Positions 47,424 through 59,399 are shown, counted from the first letter of the whole stretch. The stretch is DNA of 63,190 nt, filler included, from Pelomyxa schiedti (GCA_020536535.1; 8 parts of 8 records of this genome joined end to end with filler, not necessarily neighbours in it); one strand, 5' to 3'. Program-made: numbers and translations. The notes: generated by a model from the sequence alone, not told the origin.

Positions 47424-50400
47424 ATGAAACTCTTCAGGCCAGTGAATGGTGCCGACTGGAAGTACAAGGACGCAGCGGACAAGGCCCCCGCCGTCGCGCC
47501 GTATTTGTGTCCCGTTTGCAAGGGTCCCTGGATGGATCCGATGACCCACACTGAGTGCGGTTCGACTTTTTGCCACGCTTGCATTTCGGTGTGCTTTTTT
47601 TTTTTTTTTTTTCCCTTTGAAAGATTGTACGAGGGATCTTACCTTCTCGTAGGGCGAGCAATGCCCCGTTTGCAAATTGGAGCTCGGCGTCTTGCAGACC
47701 ATTCCTATTCGCGCGTCCAACGTTCTTGCGGCGGTGGAATCACTCCCTGTCGAGTGCCCATCCTGTTCTAATTCTGTTATCCGCAAGAAGGCTATTAACC
47801 ATTGGAATCACTGTCCACTTCGTGTGTTTGACTTTTGGTGACCCTTATTCGCTTACCTTGCACCTAGCCTGCCCCCAGGGCTGTGGCATTAAAGTGGCAC
47901 CACTGCTCTACACTCAGCACCGAGACACCTCTTGCTCTCAGAGTGTTATTACTTGCCCCCTCTGCCAAACTCAGGGAAAGAGAAGTGTTATTACATCTGC
48001 TGAGCATAAAGATTCATGCCCTGTTGGTACGTTCTATCCCTTTCCAGTTTGTCGGTAACACGCTTCCTAGCTTGCCCAAATGGTTGTACACAGAAGGTCG
48101 CTCCCAAAGATTTTGCTGCTCACAACAGTACGTGCCCTGAGGCTCTTGTGGCTTGCTCTAGGTGCAAAACTCAAGTAAAGCGCGGCAAGTTCATGACGGA
48201 CCACGTTCCAGCCTGCCCAGTTCGTGAGTGCCTCTTTTGTATTGCTAGTTCTAAGTTAAAAAAGCATGTGCCTGTGGCGATCTGGTTGCTCCTAAGGACA
48301 TGGATACGCACTTAAAATCTGGATGCAGGATGGCTCCTGTACCTTGCTCAGGTTCCACACTCATGTGCCCATGGACTGGACCTCGTCCTCACCTTGATGC
48401 TCATGAGAAGTCGTGCAGATTCCTTGCCATCAAGGATATTCTTACCCCCCTCCTTGAAATTATGCATGGGGCCGGAATGCACCTCTCTTCCAACAGCAAG
48501 GGAAAGAATTTGGCAGGAGTTGACCTATCCCGCAAAGTCATGCGTGGATGGACCCTGGCTGGATCCGACCTTCATGGGGCCAATCTGGAGATGAGCGACT
48601 TGTCCAACGCAGATTTGACTGGGGCCAACCTTAGCGGTGCAAATCTTACCAAATGCCGCCTGAAAAATGCTATTTTGGCAGGAGCTGACCTCTCCGGTGC
48701 CATCTTGAATGGATCTACCTTGAAGAAGGCCGATTTGAGCAAGTGCAATTTGAAAAATGCAAGGCTTCAAGACTGTGACCTGACAGGAGCAACCACCACT
48801 CTGGCTAATTTCGAAAAAGCGTGGCTGGTGGGTGTCAAGAAAGAAGCAGTTGAAGAGTCCTACGCGACTCCTGATAAAGTCATTTGTACATCCCTTTTTA
48901 CCATTACATTCTCTGTCTCACATTTCGTTTTATAGCCGCGTGGCCCCGCAACAAGTGGAAACAGATGCCCAGCTTGGATATCGTCTTCAGTAACAATAAC
49001 CTGACGGTGTCCAACACTTCCAACGGGACCCAGTGCACGTTTGCAGATATTGGAATTCCTCTTGGTGCAGTTGTGACGTGGAAAATAAAAGTCAATGCTG
49101 CGGACTGCAGCCATGCTGGCTGCGGTGTTGCCATTCCTACAGCTCAAATTGGCAAAGGCCACCACGGTGACAAAGAAGGGTGCTGGAAGTGGCAATGCGG
49201 TTGGCACACTTATTTTTTCTTTTCTAAATGTTGATATCATCTGTAGGAGGTCTCACTGTTACCAATGGAACCAACACAGACTCCTCTGATAAGTTCGGTG
49301 CCGGTGACACCCTGACTCTGTACTGTGACAGGCGCACTGAGCCAACTATTTTCACTATTGCCAAGGGTGACCGAGAAGTGAAGCGCTTCCAAATTGTATG
49401 CTCCGTTTTGTAGTACTTTTTGTTCTGACTTCTGGCAGCGCACCCGAGCTGATTTGATCCCTTTCGTTGCTGCCTGCTGCAGGGGAAATAACCTCACTGC
49501 GGAGTTCAATATCCCCCAACCTTTGTCCTTGGACCTTCAAGGAGTAGAAGGAATGGACACAGCCACTCTTATTGATCCCAATGGACCAGCAGAGGCAGAG
49601 CCTCTCAGTATGTACAGTTGCGATCTACTCCATTCTCACCTTTATTTTAGAGCCTGTTGCAGCTGCCTCGGCTGCCCAGTCGGCTGACGTTTGGACTGAG
49701 AATCGCTGGAAAAAGCAGAGCCAACACAACGCTGAATTCACCAATAACGATCTCACTCTAAAAAATACAACCAATACTACTCAGACCGTTATGTCTGTGA
49801 TCCCCGTCAAGCCCGGCTGCGTAAGGTACTGGGAAGTCAAAGTACTCAACCAGAGCTGCGAAGGCTGCGGCTTTGGAGTTGTTCATGAGGACCGCTGCGA
49901 GGCTGTACTGAACACACACGCAGACAGTGACCGGTGCTGGAAGTGGGAGGCCGGATCAAGGTACTACGAGAACGGCAACAGGTTGGATGGTGGCAAATTC
50001 ATTACTGGTGATGTTATTGGAATTCTGTGTGACAGGCGCCCCGGTCAGAACACCATCACCTTCTTCAAAAACGGTGAACTGGCCAAGGTCTTGCAGAACT
50101 TACCAGAGTCATCTCTCCTCTATCCATCCATCACTCCTTGCTGCACAAACGTATCATTCACAACTGACTTCGCTGCACCCCCACCAGCCAGCGTCAACAT
50201 TCCCGAACTTCGCCCTGGCCCACCACCCCCTCCACCCGTAACAATCGACACCAACCTTTGGCCAAAGGACACATGGAACAGGATCGAGGGAATCGAACTC
50301 GACTTCACAAACAACAGCCTCACTGTCACCAACCCCGCACGCAGGACTCAATCCACAACTTCACTCTACGGTATCCCAATGAACGGCGCTCGCTACTGGG

Positions 50401-50897
50401 AGGTTGCTGTGGACGCCGCTCACTGCCCGGCTTGTGGAGTCGGTGTCTCACTTGATGGTGCCCCTGTTGGAATGGGACACTACGCAGATAAGGCCGCATG
50501 CTGGAAGTGGGAGGCACTGGGAAGGTTCATCGCCAACGGCGTGGTGATGAAGCATGGCACAGGCTTTGTGGAAGGAGATGTACTCGGTATTTATGTTAGC
50601 CGTGCTGCCGGTAAAGGAACCGTTACCTTCTACAAGGTATCATCCTAAACCCTTAGCTAAGTTACCCGTACTCACTCTCTACAGAACGGAACTGAAGTAT
50701 ACACACTGAGCGGGCTACCCGAGGACCCAGCTGTTATTGTCATGCCCACCGTGACACCCTGCTGCGAGAACGACTCTTTCACCGGCCGGTTCAATGCACC
50801 AATGCCCGAAGTTCTCGGCGCAGCTCTCGAGGCCGAAGCAGCCAAGAGCGCCAAGCCTGCCGCCGCCAAGCCCCCAACACCTGCTTCCAACAGCTAA
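47424..50897 (+). CDS. RING + TRAF-type zinc fingers + pentapeptide repeats + three SPRY domains (E3 ligase)
   Basis: CPVC...ECGSTFCHACI...CPVC; repeated CPxGC...H...C; ADLTGANLSGANL repeats; three SPRY-like units (YWEVKV...CGFGV...CWKWE...FITGDVIGILCD...ITFFKNG). Confidence 0.88.
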
Positions 50898-51130
50898 ACA
50901 AACTCCATCCTGTTACAACAAACGAATAGAAGTTCTCGTCTTTTCCTCTAAAGACCCAATGTACCTTGGTGTGTTCTACCTTACCATCACTCTGTGACTA
51001 CTACTCCACCACACCACGTTAACCCTCTTCACTCATTCACATGAATGAATGATTCGCGGAAACAACCAATCATCGATTTCTTGGTTCCACATTTGATGAT
51101 GCCCCGACGAAGCGAAAAAACAATTAATTT

Positions 51131-51875
51131 ATGATTACTCGAGTGTGTTCGGAGACCAAGGGACCACCACCCACAGCGGCACCTGGTACTACTACCAACA
51201 CCGAAGCAATCAGCGATTACGACAAGGTGGCGGGCAGCAGTAACCGGAGCCGGACGAGGAGAATTGTGGGGCGCGGGGGGGCGCGCGGGTGGTGGGGGCT
51301 GTACGGGCGCACGGGGGTGGGGGCGTGGGGCGTGGGCGGGTCGGTGGTGCTGCTGGCGTCTGTGGGGGCGTGCGTGTGGGCGGCGCAGCGCTGGCGGGAC
51401 CACGACGGGGCCGCGGGGCCTGGGGATGGGCCTGGGGCTGGCTCAGGGGCAGGGGTGCTGAGGTACTTTGTGAGCGAGCTGGGGGTCGGGCCACTGGGGG
51501 GCGTGTTCAACGCCGGGTTCGGCGTGGGGGGGTTGCTTATGGCTCCCTTCATGTGGGGTGTGTGTGTGTGTCTTTGAATTCGTTCCAGAATAATTTTAAT
51601 TAATTTATTACTTTATTATTGAAGAGATACTTTGAGCCTATTTTATTTTTATTTCCTATCTCATTCTTGGGCAAGGTATTGGAATGCAGTTTCATACATT
51701 CTGGGGTGACCTTGTTGGAATATGTGGGGTTCTGACCAGCTTGGCGTGTTCCCTTGTTGGATTGTTCCCGATGCACCACAAGGTGCACACAGTGGTAGCG
51801 GCAGCATTCTTTGGACTGGGGATGGCCACGGCCATGTTCTCCACCCTGGCAACAATGGCACAGCGCCCGAAGCAC
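51131..51875 (+). CDS. N-terminal part of DUF998/Frag1-DRAM-Sfk1-like membrane protein
   Basis: RYFVSELGVGPLGGVFNAGFGVGGLL...LVGLFPM..H pattern. Confidence 0.7.
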
Positions 51876-51976
51876 ANNNNNNNNNNNNNNNNNNNNNNNN
51901 NNNNNNNNNNNNNNNNNNNNNNNNNNNNNNNNNNNNNNNNNNNNNNNNNNNNNNNNNNNNNNNNNNNNNNNNNNNN

Positions 51977-53248
51977 TTTGATGGAAGCTGAATGCAGAAC
52001 ATCATGGAAATACTGCCACTCCACTGTGGGTCAGTCTCCAGTATTTGAACTTCAAAGCGATGGGTGCAGGGGTTGGGGATAGCTGCCTTTGGTGTGACCA
52101 CGCAACCACCAAAGCCCGCCACGCGTTTCACTGTATCTTGTGTAATACCAGCATTGACACCACGTAAACTGAGATTCCATCCAAGCGGTTTTGCTGCCGG
52201 AACCATCCTAGGGATGGGAACTGGGGTGTTTCCCGTGGTAGTAGTGGGTGTTTTGCTGGAAGCACACTGTGTGGTTGCCTTTGCCAACGAGTCTTGGAGT
52301 TCGTGAACCTGCTCCTCAAGTGATTTAACTCGCTGTGTGAGTGCCGTGACTTGTGATTTGCAGTCATTGATCACAGAGAAAATAAGTGGTTGCATCTGTG
52401 CAAAGGCACATGACCTGGAATGGTCTGGCTGTTCCTTGCGTGTTCCAGTCCATTTGCATGACAGTCCAGCCCCAGGACAAGGTACAACTGCCATGACACA
52501 GACCTCTTCGTGTTCTTTCTGCTTGATTGGTGCCACGAGTGCACCACATCCAAGTTGGCATTCTGTTAAGTAAAGAGATGTGTGAAAATGGAATTGCTAA
52601 GCTTTGTGGGGCTCACCAATTGGGCAACTTGGGGTGTGGTCAACGGCCATTCTTGAACGTGGAATCATAGCTCCACACCGCAAGCAAGGAACAGGTTTCA
52701 TTGGACACACGATTTCATGTTCGTTCATTTCAATTGGTTTGACCCTGGCAGAGCACTTGTGTGGGCAGTCTCTTGAAGTGTGAATTTAATTGATAGAAAT
52801 GGGTTTTTACCGATTGGGCACTGCTCCATGTGAGAAAACAGCTGTGACCTTTTTTGGGTTCCTCTACAAGAGGGGCAGTAGACTTCCATTGCATCCAGCT
52901 TCGTCAGCAATGTCTTGTTCACTGCTGGCACAGCACCCTCCCTCAGTTGTTCAGAACACAATGGGCATTCCTGTTGTTCCTTTTGGGTTTTTTTTACTGA
53001 ATTTTAAAGGAATGAACAATTGAGAAAGATACTTTATCGATGCATAGTTGGCAAACCCACTCACCGCACGTGTGCACCATGGGCTCAACCGGGGGATTGT
53101 GACACACAACACACAGCCGCGCAAACGACCCCCGCGAAACGTAATCGTACGTAACTTTCGTTGGTGCCCGATGACCAAATGTCTAAAGATGGGGGGAAAA
53201 AAGGTAAGTGTGACCGCAAGTTGGTAGTGCCGATACCTCGCCCGCCAT
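51977..53248 (-). CDS. RING + TRAF zinc fingers + coiled coil + Neuralized (NHR) domain E3 ligase
   Basis: YDYV...CVVCHNPPVEPMVHTCGEWVCQLCI...CPLC; CQLGCG...EHEEVC...CKWTGTRKEQPDHSRSC; coiled coil; GWNLSLRGVNA (NHR start). Confidence 0.85.
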
Positions 53249-53306
53249 TGATCGGACGAGAGCGAAAAATCCACACAACAGAAAGTTTTGGACTCTGATT
53301 CTGGTT

Positions 53307-53410
53307 GTGACCTTGACTGTGATTGGTCACTGGGTTGGGTGGTACCCCACAGTTATGGAAACAACAGTGCTCAAGGCGCTTACTTTCTGACCAATCACAG
53401 TCAAGGTCAC
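53307..53410. repeat. Perfect 23-bp inverted repeat upstream of the RING-TRAF gene
   Basis: GTGACCTTGACTGTGATTGGTCA (53307-53329) and TGACCAATCACAGTCAAGGTCAC (53388-53410). Confidence 0.9.
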
Positions 53411-54382
53411 CCCGACCAGAACTGACTCAGGACNNNNNNNNNNNNNNNNNNNNNNNNNNNNNNNNNNNNNNNNNNNNTTAATTAATTAANNNNNNNNNNN
53501 NNNNNNNNNNNNNNNNNNNNNNNNNNNNNNNNNAGGGATGCTCCGCGAGAGAGCGGATACCTTTCGCACTTGCTCTGTCAGCCATAATGTCATCGTCATC
53601 CCTGTCATCACCGTCACCGGCAGCACCAACAACATCCGGCTTCGGTGGTGGCGAAACCATCAAGATGACATTTGACCACGACCCTGTGTTGTATTCGGAA
53701 AGAAGCCTTTCTTGCATGAGCGATTGCTTCCAGAACCTCCTTGAGAGAGTTGTGACAAGTCCACCAACCTCGCCGATTTCAAGAATCAGAGCAGCATCAT
53801 CACCCAGCGACAACCAACGGCTGAGAGTTTCCGATGCAACCGAGACAATAAACCGCATTAAGTGTAATAGAACAACAGAGGAAGTGCAAGAACTCCCAGA
53901 AGGTGGGAGCAGTCAATTCACGACAGCTGCCGGCTGCAAAGAAAGCCAAATTTGATGCGACACAGCATGATTTTTTAGATGAGGTGCCCTGCTGAATTGT
54001 AGAGAGCCCCTCCCCATGTGCATAGAATTCAGTGTATTGACACAAGAAAAACATTTTTTTGTTCCATAAACCGTTGTTCTTTTCTTTGGAATGTTCACCG
54101 CGGAAAGACTGGTGTTGCCAAATGAAATGCCATAATATGTGATAGTGTGAGGAGTGATGGCCGATGGATTCAGGGAATCTCGCCGCGGTGATTGGGCGCC
54201 AAGTTGGCCAACTAATTATGGTCATTCACGGGAACAAGTGTGTTCAAGCTAACAGGCACCAGCCAACCGACCCACCTTATAAACCCCCTCTGTATCGTGT
54301 AAATAGTTAAGACAAAGTTGTTATATAAGCAAACACAAACATATGAGAACAGCAACACTATTCAGTCCACAACGTCCCTCTC

Positions 54383-54769
54383 CTAGACCACCACTCTTAC
54401 AAACGTGATCACACAATGCTTGCCCTTGCCTCTGCCACAGGGCATCACCTCGGCGTCGAGTACAGCGACCCTCTGGCAGCCCACGACCCAGTCGTCCCAC
54501 AATTGCCTCAGCATGTGGGCTCCCAGCGCGCGGGTGGGCGACCGTGCCCCACACCTTGCTGAGACAGCAGCGAGCGCCAACGACGAGAACTGCGCGTGGG
54601 CACTCAGGCCACCTTCGTGGATTATGATGTCGCCGAGCCAGTCTGGCTTCGTCACTTTGATGCCGGTTGCTCCTTTAGTTGTAGAGGTGGAAACACGTTG
54701 GCCGGGCGTTCTCAAGGGATCATCGATCCTCGGTTTCTTGTGTGTGGGTGATGTTGGTTCGTCCGTCAT
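54383..54769 (-). CDS. Lineage-expanded family member (N-terminal exon; remainder unclear or degenerate)
   Basis: AHAQFSSLALAAVSARCGARSPTRALGAHMLRQLWDDWVV motif. Confidence 0.55.
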   Translation of the reverse strand: MTDEPTSPTHKKPRIDDPLRTPGQRVSTSTTKGATGIKVTKPDWLGDIIIHEGGLSAHAQFSSLALAAVSARCGARSPTRALGAHMLRQLWDDWVVGCQRVAVLDAEVMPCGRGKGKHCVITFVRVVV

Positions 54770-55135
54770 TGTTTGTTTTCATCAAAGTCCTTTTACCCTC
54801 AAATCCCAGCTTTCTCCCCTTGGATTTCTTCCTGGTCATGTACACTCCTTGTTTTCACGCACCATACAAAAGTGGGCGAACGAAGTGAGCCAGTTTGGTG
54901 CGGTTAACCCTTTCTGTGTTGCCCTTTGCCTGGTCTTTTGTGGATTTAGAGTAGCCCCTTAAAACCGAGTAACAAAACTAAAACCCGTGTGGCGAGTGCC
55001 TTTTGAAGAGCTAAAGCTGGACGACTTGATCGTTGGCCAACACAAAACTGTGCGGTGTGACATGGATCGGCTTCCACGAAATTTGATACCGAGTTGCGTT
55101 TTTTGTTTCTGAGTTGGGTTTTAGGGGCTACTCTA

Positions 55136-56320
55136 ATGGTAACACTGGTGCCGGACCACAATGCGCGTGACCAACTGCTCGCGTTGGCCATGGCATCTCA
55201 CCCACGGTGCGGAGCGCGGAGCGCAGCGCGGTCCTTCATGTCCCTCCCGCCCCTGGCCACATCCCCATTGTGGGAGTGGTGCCTCCGCGACTCCGCCGTA
55301 TCGCTCGTCGTGTACGCGGCGATCGGCAGCCCGCACTGCCCCGTGTGCATCCACGTGACGCTGTCGTCGGCCCTCGGCAGCCGGATCGGCGCCCTCAGGA
55401 CCACGCGCTGCGTGGGCTGCAGCCTCGAAGGCGCGCCGCGCGCCGACTGCCTTGTGATGAGAAGGTACCGCGACCGCAATTGTTACGTAATGGAGGTATT
55501 TGCTCTGGACGTGGCAAGTGGGTGCGAGGCATGCTTGTGGAGGGGCAGAAGCATGTCGAATGTCGCTGTGAATCGGAAGTGGGTTGTTGCCTGCAGCTTT
55601 GGCAACGACATCGTCGTTTACCTGGAGGATAAACACAATAGTAGCCAAGGAGGAGTGCAATTGAAGTTGACGTGGCCTGATGACGACCCAGATTACTCCA
55701 GATTTGGGTGCCGGGGGGCTTTGTTCAACAAGTACCCTGCTGGCGTTGGTACTGGTGGTGATGTTGATGAGGCCGTTGTTGTGTCTCAGACTGCAAGGCA
55801 TTTGTTTCTCATGACACTCGACCTGGCCAAGACATACACGACGAAGCAACTGGTTTTCGGCCGCTGTGTCAAGTGCCCAAAGCTTGATTACGGGAGTTCC
55901 TTTGGAACTGGAATAGTGATGGCCAAGTCAACAACCGGGCAGCGCGTTGTGTTTGTTGTGCTGGGTGACATTGGATCTTCCACTGTGTTGGAATTACCAG
56001 CTGACTGCGATGACCTGAGGCCAATCTCCCGCGTGGTTGATGCTGTTGTACTGTCTCAGCTGACGTCATCGCTGTTTTGTATCTCCAAGACTGACGCCTC
56101 GTTTGAAATTTGGAATTGCAACGACACAACAGGCCCACTGAGGACTGTGGGACACCGGGACTGTCTTTACCCGCCACTGATTGCTGCTTCGGGGTTCCTG
56201 TTCTGCAGGAAATTCCATGATGAGATTGTGGTCAATGATTCTCATGGAAACCTTGTGTGTACACTCAGGTTACCCTTTGAAGCCAAGAATGGCATCTCTG
56301 CCACAGGGTTTTTGGTGTGA
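55136..56320 (+). CDS. Lineage-expanded hypothetical protein (F-box-like N-terminal motif + beta-rich C-terminus), intronless
   Basis: 394-codon ORF with ARDQLLALAMASHPRCGARSAARS...LWEWC. Confidence 0.8.
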   Translation: MVTLVPDHNARDQLLALAMASHPRCGARSAARSFMSLPPLATSPLWEWCLRDSAVSLVVYAAIGSPHCPVCIHVTLSSALGSRIGALRTTRCVGCSLEGAPRADCLVMRRYRDRNCYVMEVFALDVASGCEACLWRGRSMSNVAVNRKWVVACSFGNDIVVYLEDKHNSSQGGVQLKLTWPDDDPDYSRFGCRGALFNKYPAGVGTGGDVDEAVVVSQTARHLFLMTLDLAKTYTTKQLVFGRCVKCPKLDYGSSFGTGIVMAKSTTGQRVVFVVLGDIGSSTVLELPADCDDLRPISRVVDAVVLSQLTSSLFCISKTDASFEIWNCNDTTGPLRTVGHRDCLYPPLIAASGFLFCRKFHDEIVVNDSHGNLVCTLRLPFEAKNGISATGFLV

Positions 56321-56741
56321 TAAAGTAGAACCTTTTTGGAGTGAATTCACATTGAAACTTGGTTAGATTTTCACATTTTATGGATACACAACTGCAATTG
56401 CTTTTCTGGTTTTAGCTCAGATGTGTGGCCTGGCTGTGCTTGCCACAGGGGGTGTCACGTGACCNNNNNNNNNNNNNNNNNNNNNNNNNNNNNNNNNNNN
56501 NNNNNNNNTTAATTAATTAANNNNNNNNNNNNNNNNNNNNNNNNNNNNNNNNNNNNNNNNNNNNGACACACAACATTCATCCTTCAAGTCTGGCATCCAC
56601 ACATGACCAAAAATTTCCTTAATCACTCCTTCCACTGGAACACTTGACAGCCCTCAAGAAACAAGGAGGCTGGCAACACTCCCAAAAGATTGCAGTGGCT
56701 GTCTCAGGATATCAGAACCCCAACTGCATATCTGGGTCAAT

Positions 56742-56846
56742 GGGCGGAAGTTTTTTACCTATCAAAAAGTACATACTTCCGCCCCGACAAAAACTTCCGC
56801 CCGGGTGGAAGTATGCACTTTTTGATAGGGAAAAAAACCTCTGCCC
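56742..56846. repeat. Inverted repeat with reiterated CTTCCGCCC motifs next to the transposase 3' end
   Basis: GGGCGGAAGTTTTTTACCTATCAAAAAGTACATACTTCCGCCC pairs with GGGTGGAAGTATGCACTTTTTGATAGGGAAAAAAACCTCTGCCC. Confidence 0.85.
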
Positions 56847-56932
56847 TGGGGGTGGAGGTATGGACTTTTTGGTATGAGAAAAAGTTTTTAAGTTTTAAGC
56901 CAACTCAATATTTAACAGTGCTGACAAGGTTG

Positions 56933-58129
56933 TCAAAGCAACAAACACTCCCAAGTGTTGTGTGGGTCAGATGAAGAAAGTCTACCACGGCAACAAACTT
57001 CCTTTAGATGTTTATGCCATTTGTTCATAGCTTCAGCTAGTTCTTGTTTGAGAATACTTGGGGGACCATAAAATTTAGCATCTGACCATGAATGCTCACA
57101 CCAATAGTGAACAGAAGGGGTTGAGCTTTTGGCTAAACAAGGAGTATAAAGCTAACATGTTATTCCTAGTTGTGGTCCAATATCATCAGTCAACTTCTCA
57201 CAATGTAACCACTCATAAGCAAAATTCAAGACAGACACTAAGTCATTCAAAATATTTCTCAAAGATCTGTTTTGAACATCATTTGGCCTCCAGAGAACAT
57301 AAACTTTTTGGCTCAACTCAGTTTGAACCCTGGTAGAAGCAGAATCCCAAAGATGGTCCAAACAATGAGATTCCATCACTGCTTTGGCTGTGTTTGCTTG
57401 AAAAGTTTTTTTTGGCCAATGAGAGGCACATGTGTTGATAGCAACCTTTAGAGTTGTGGCCAAAGCTTTATAGCCCTGAGACTTCAACCAGTCATAACAA
57501 GAAAATAAAAGATTCAACATCACATTGGCAAAACAGTGCAAAGGGTCATACACCAACCTTTGCAATATTGGTTTAATCTTCTGCTTCAGTAAGATGATAA
57601 TAAAACTTCCAAATGTCATTCTTCCAGTCCCTCAGTTTGTGCTTCACACAAAAACCACACCCATCTTTGATGCAGATGCATTCATCATCACAGGAAGCTT
57701 GTGATGCACTGGGCATGGCACAAGAAGATGACAAAGGCACAGCCTGCATCCAGTCTACACAACAACAGGTTCTCACTTGCACAGTTGAAGAGGAACCATC
57801 AGTGAGACCAACAGGTAACTCTTTCAGATGAAGGTGATTCAGAAAGGCATCACAGGAACCATCTTGTTTCAACATTGCAATTGTACCAAAGCAAGCTTGG
57901 TGTTGGGGAGATTTGACAGAGCCAAGACTCAAGCCATAAAAGAGATTTTTTCCCCACAGTTGCCGACCATCAATGAAACCTTTCACAAGGATGTGGCCTA
58001 AACCATGTAGATGCCACAGTCTGTGAGAAGAAGCATGTTTCACTAGAAAAGAAAACATTGCTGGACAAGAGAGAAATGCTCCATTCAATGGTGGTTGTAG
58101 TGGTGTAATATGGGCCCAATCACTGTGCT
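56933..58129 (-). pseudogene. Degenerate RAG1/Transib-like DDE transposase core
   Basis: Ordered motifs LVKGFIDG (D1), CVDW (D2), CGFC, YDPLHC, TPSVHYWCEH (HxxxxH), QELAEAMNK (E). One frameshift near 57600 and an in-frame TAG at 57154-57152. Confidence 0.7.
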
Positions 58130-58229
58130 NNNNNNNNNNNNNNNNNNNNNNNNNNNNNNNNNNNNNNNNNNNNTTAATTAATTAANNNNNNNNNNNNNNN
58201 NNNNNNNNNNNNNNNNNNNNNNNNNNNNN

Positions 58230-59149
58230 GCCCTTTTTTTTTGTGTGTGTGTGCGTGAGACTTACTTACCATGCCATCATTCAAGATTTCGGCACATCTC
58301 GGAACATTTCACAAGCACAACAAACACAAGCCCTGACACAAGGGGTATTTTTTTCAACTCGTTCACATTCTTATGGCTCACTCCAAGAATGTTACAATTC
58401 ACACAGATTGGCACACCGGCATTTATGGCTCCTGTGAGTATCCAACAAAAATAACTAACTCTCTCTCACAATCAACAAAAACAACGTAAACAAAAACAAC
58501 TAAAAAAAACAATTTAAAAAAAAGGAACTGCTTTCATCGAACATGTACACCTGGAGTGCTGATGTATACAGGTGTGTGTGTGTGGGTTGAGTGTGGGAGT
58601 GTGAAGATTGAATCTGAACTTGTGCATGCACACGCACATGCACACCAACCAATCAAACATTGTGTTCCCATTCCTAAGTGACACAAAAAAAAAATAGTTT
58701 TGCACTGATTGTGTATCAAGTTGCAACAGGAAAAGTACCTTACTCGGAGTTCTCAAACCTTTGGCGTATGAATTTCCTTCCCCCACACCCCCTCCCAAAC
58801 AAATAATCGAACCAACCAACCAAACACCATCAGAAATAACTGAATTTGTTCTTGCCGGAAAGGTATCTCCCAAAAGCACACCCCAATTTGTTTGACACTG
58901 TGACAAACACCCACATACACACCAACAGAGATTGCCACTTGAAGGCTTTCCTGACGAACTCGCATCCTTGACCTCTGACTGCTGGGCTCACGACAGACAC
59001 GCACGTCCAAGTTTGGCTTCTTCTCTTTCGTTCCTTTCTTTGTCCTGAACAAACCCAACAAAAAAAAAAAAAAACACAACAACAAAGCATTCCAGGTGTG
59101 TGCCACCCGGCTCGAATCCCTTTTGAAGAAAACTGCTGCCTCTCACTGA
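58230..59149 (+). CDS. C-terminal half of a TKL-type protein kinase (many small exons)
   Basis: DFGTSR, IGTPAFMAP|E, ADVYS|FALIVYQVATGKVPY, SDCWAHDRHARP, ending LESLLKKTAASH*. Confidence 0.88.
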
Positions 59150-59399
59150 GAGAGAACCAATTTCAAGATGAAGCCAATAAAAAACCCAGATGAGCAAAAA
59201 CCCTCTTAACCACTTCTGAACCGCCAGAGGCTGTTCATCAAACCCACACAAACAGAGAGTGTAATGTGAAAATAAATGCCACTGTTTTTTCCAGATCCGC
59301 TTTTTTTTGTTGGTTTTGGAAAAATTTCGTTTTCAATTCTGAAGGAATCGAGTCCAGTCGCCTACGTCCACTTCCTCAGGAGAGGGTAGCCTGCCCAGG

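Noticed and set aside
58121-58127. CACAGTG (RSS heptamer) on the minus strand upstream of the RAG1-like core
   Set aside because: It lies in frame within the open transposase sequence at a contig end, with no nonamer or matching opposite TIR visible; probably chance.
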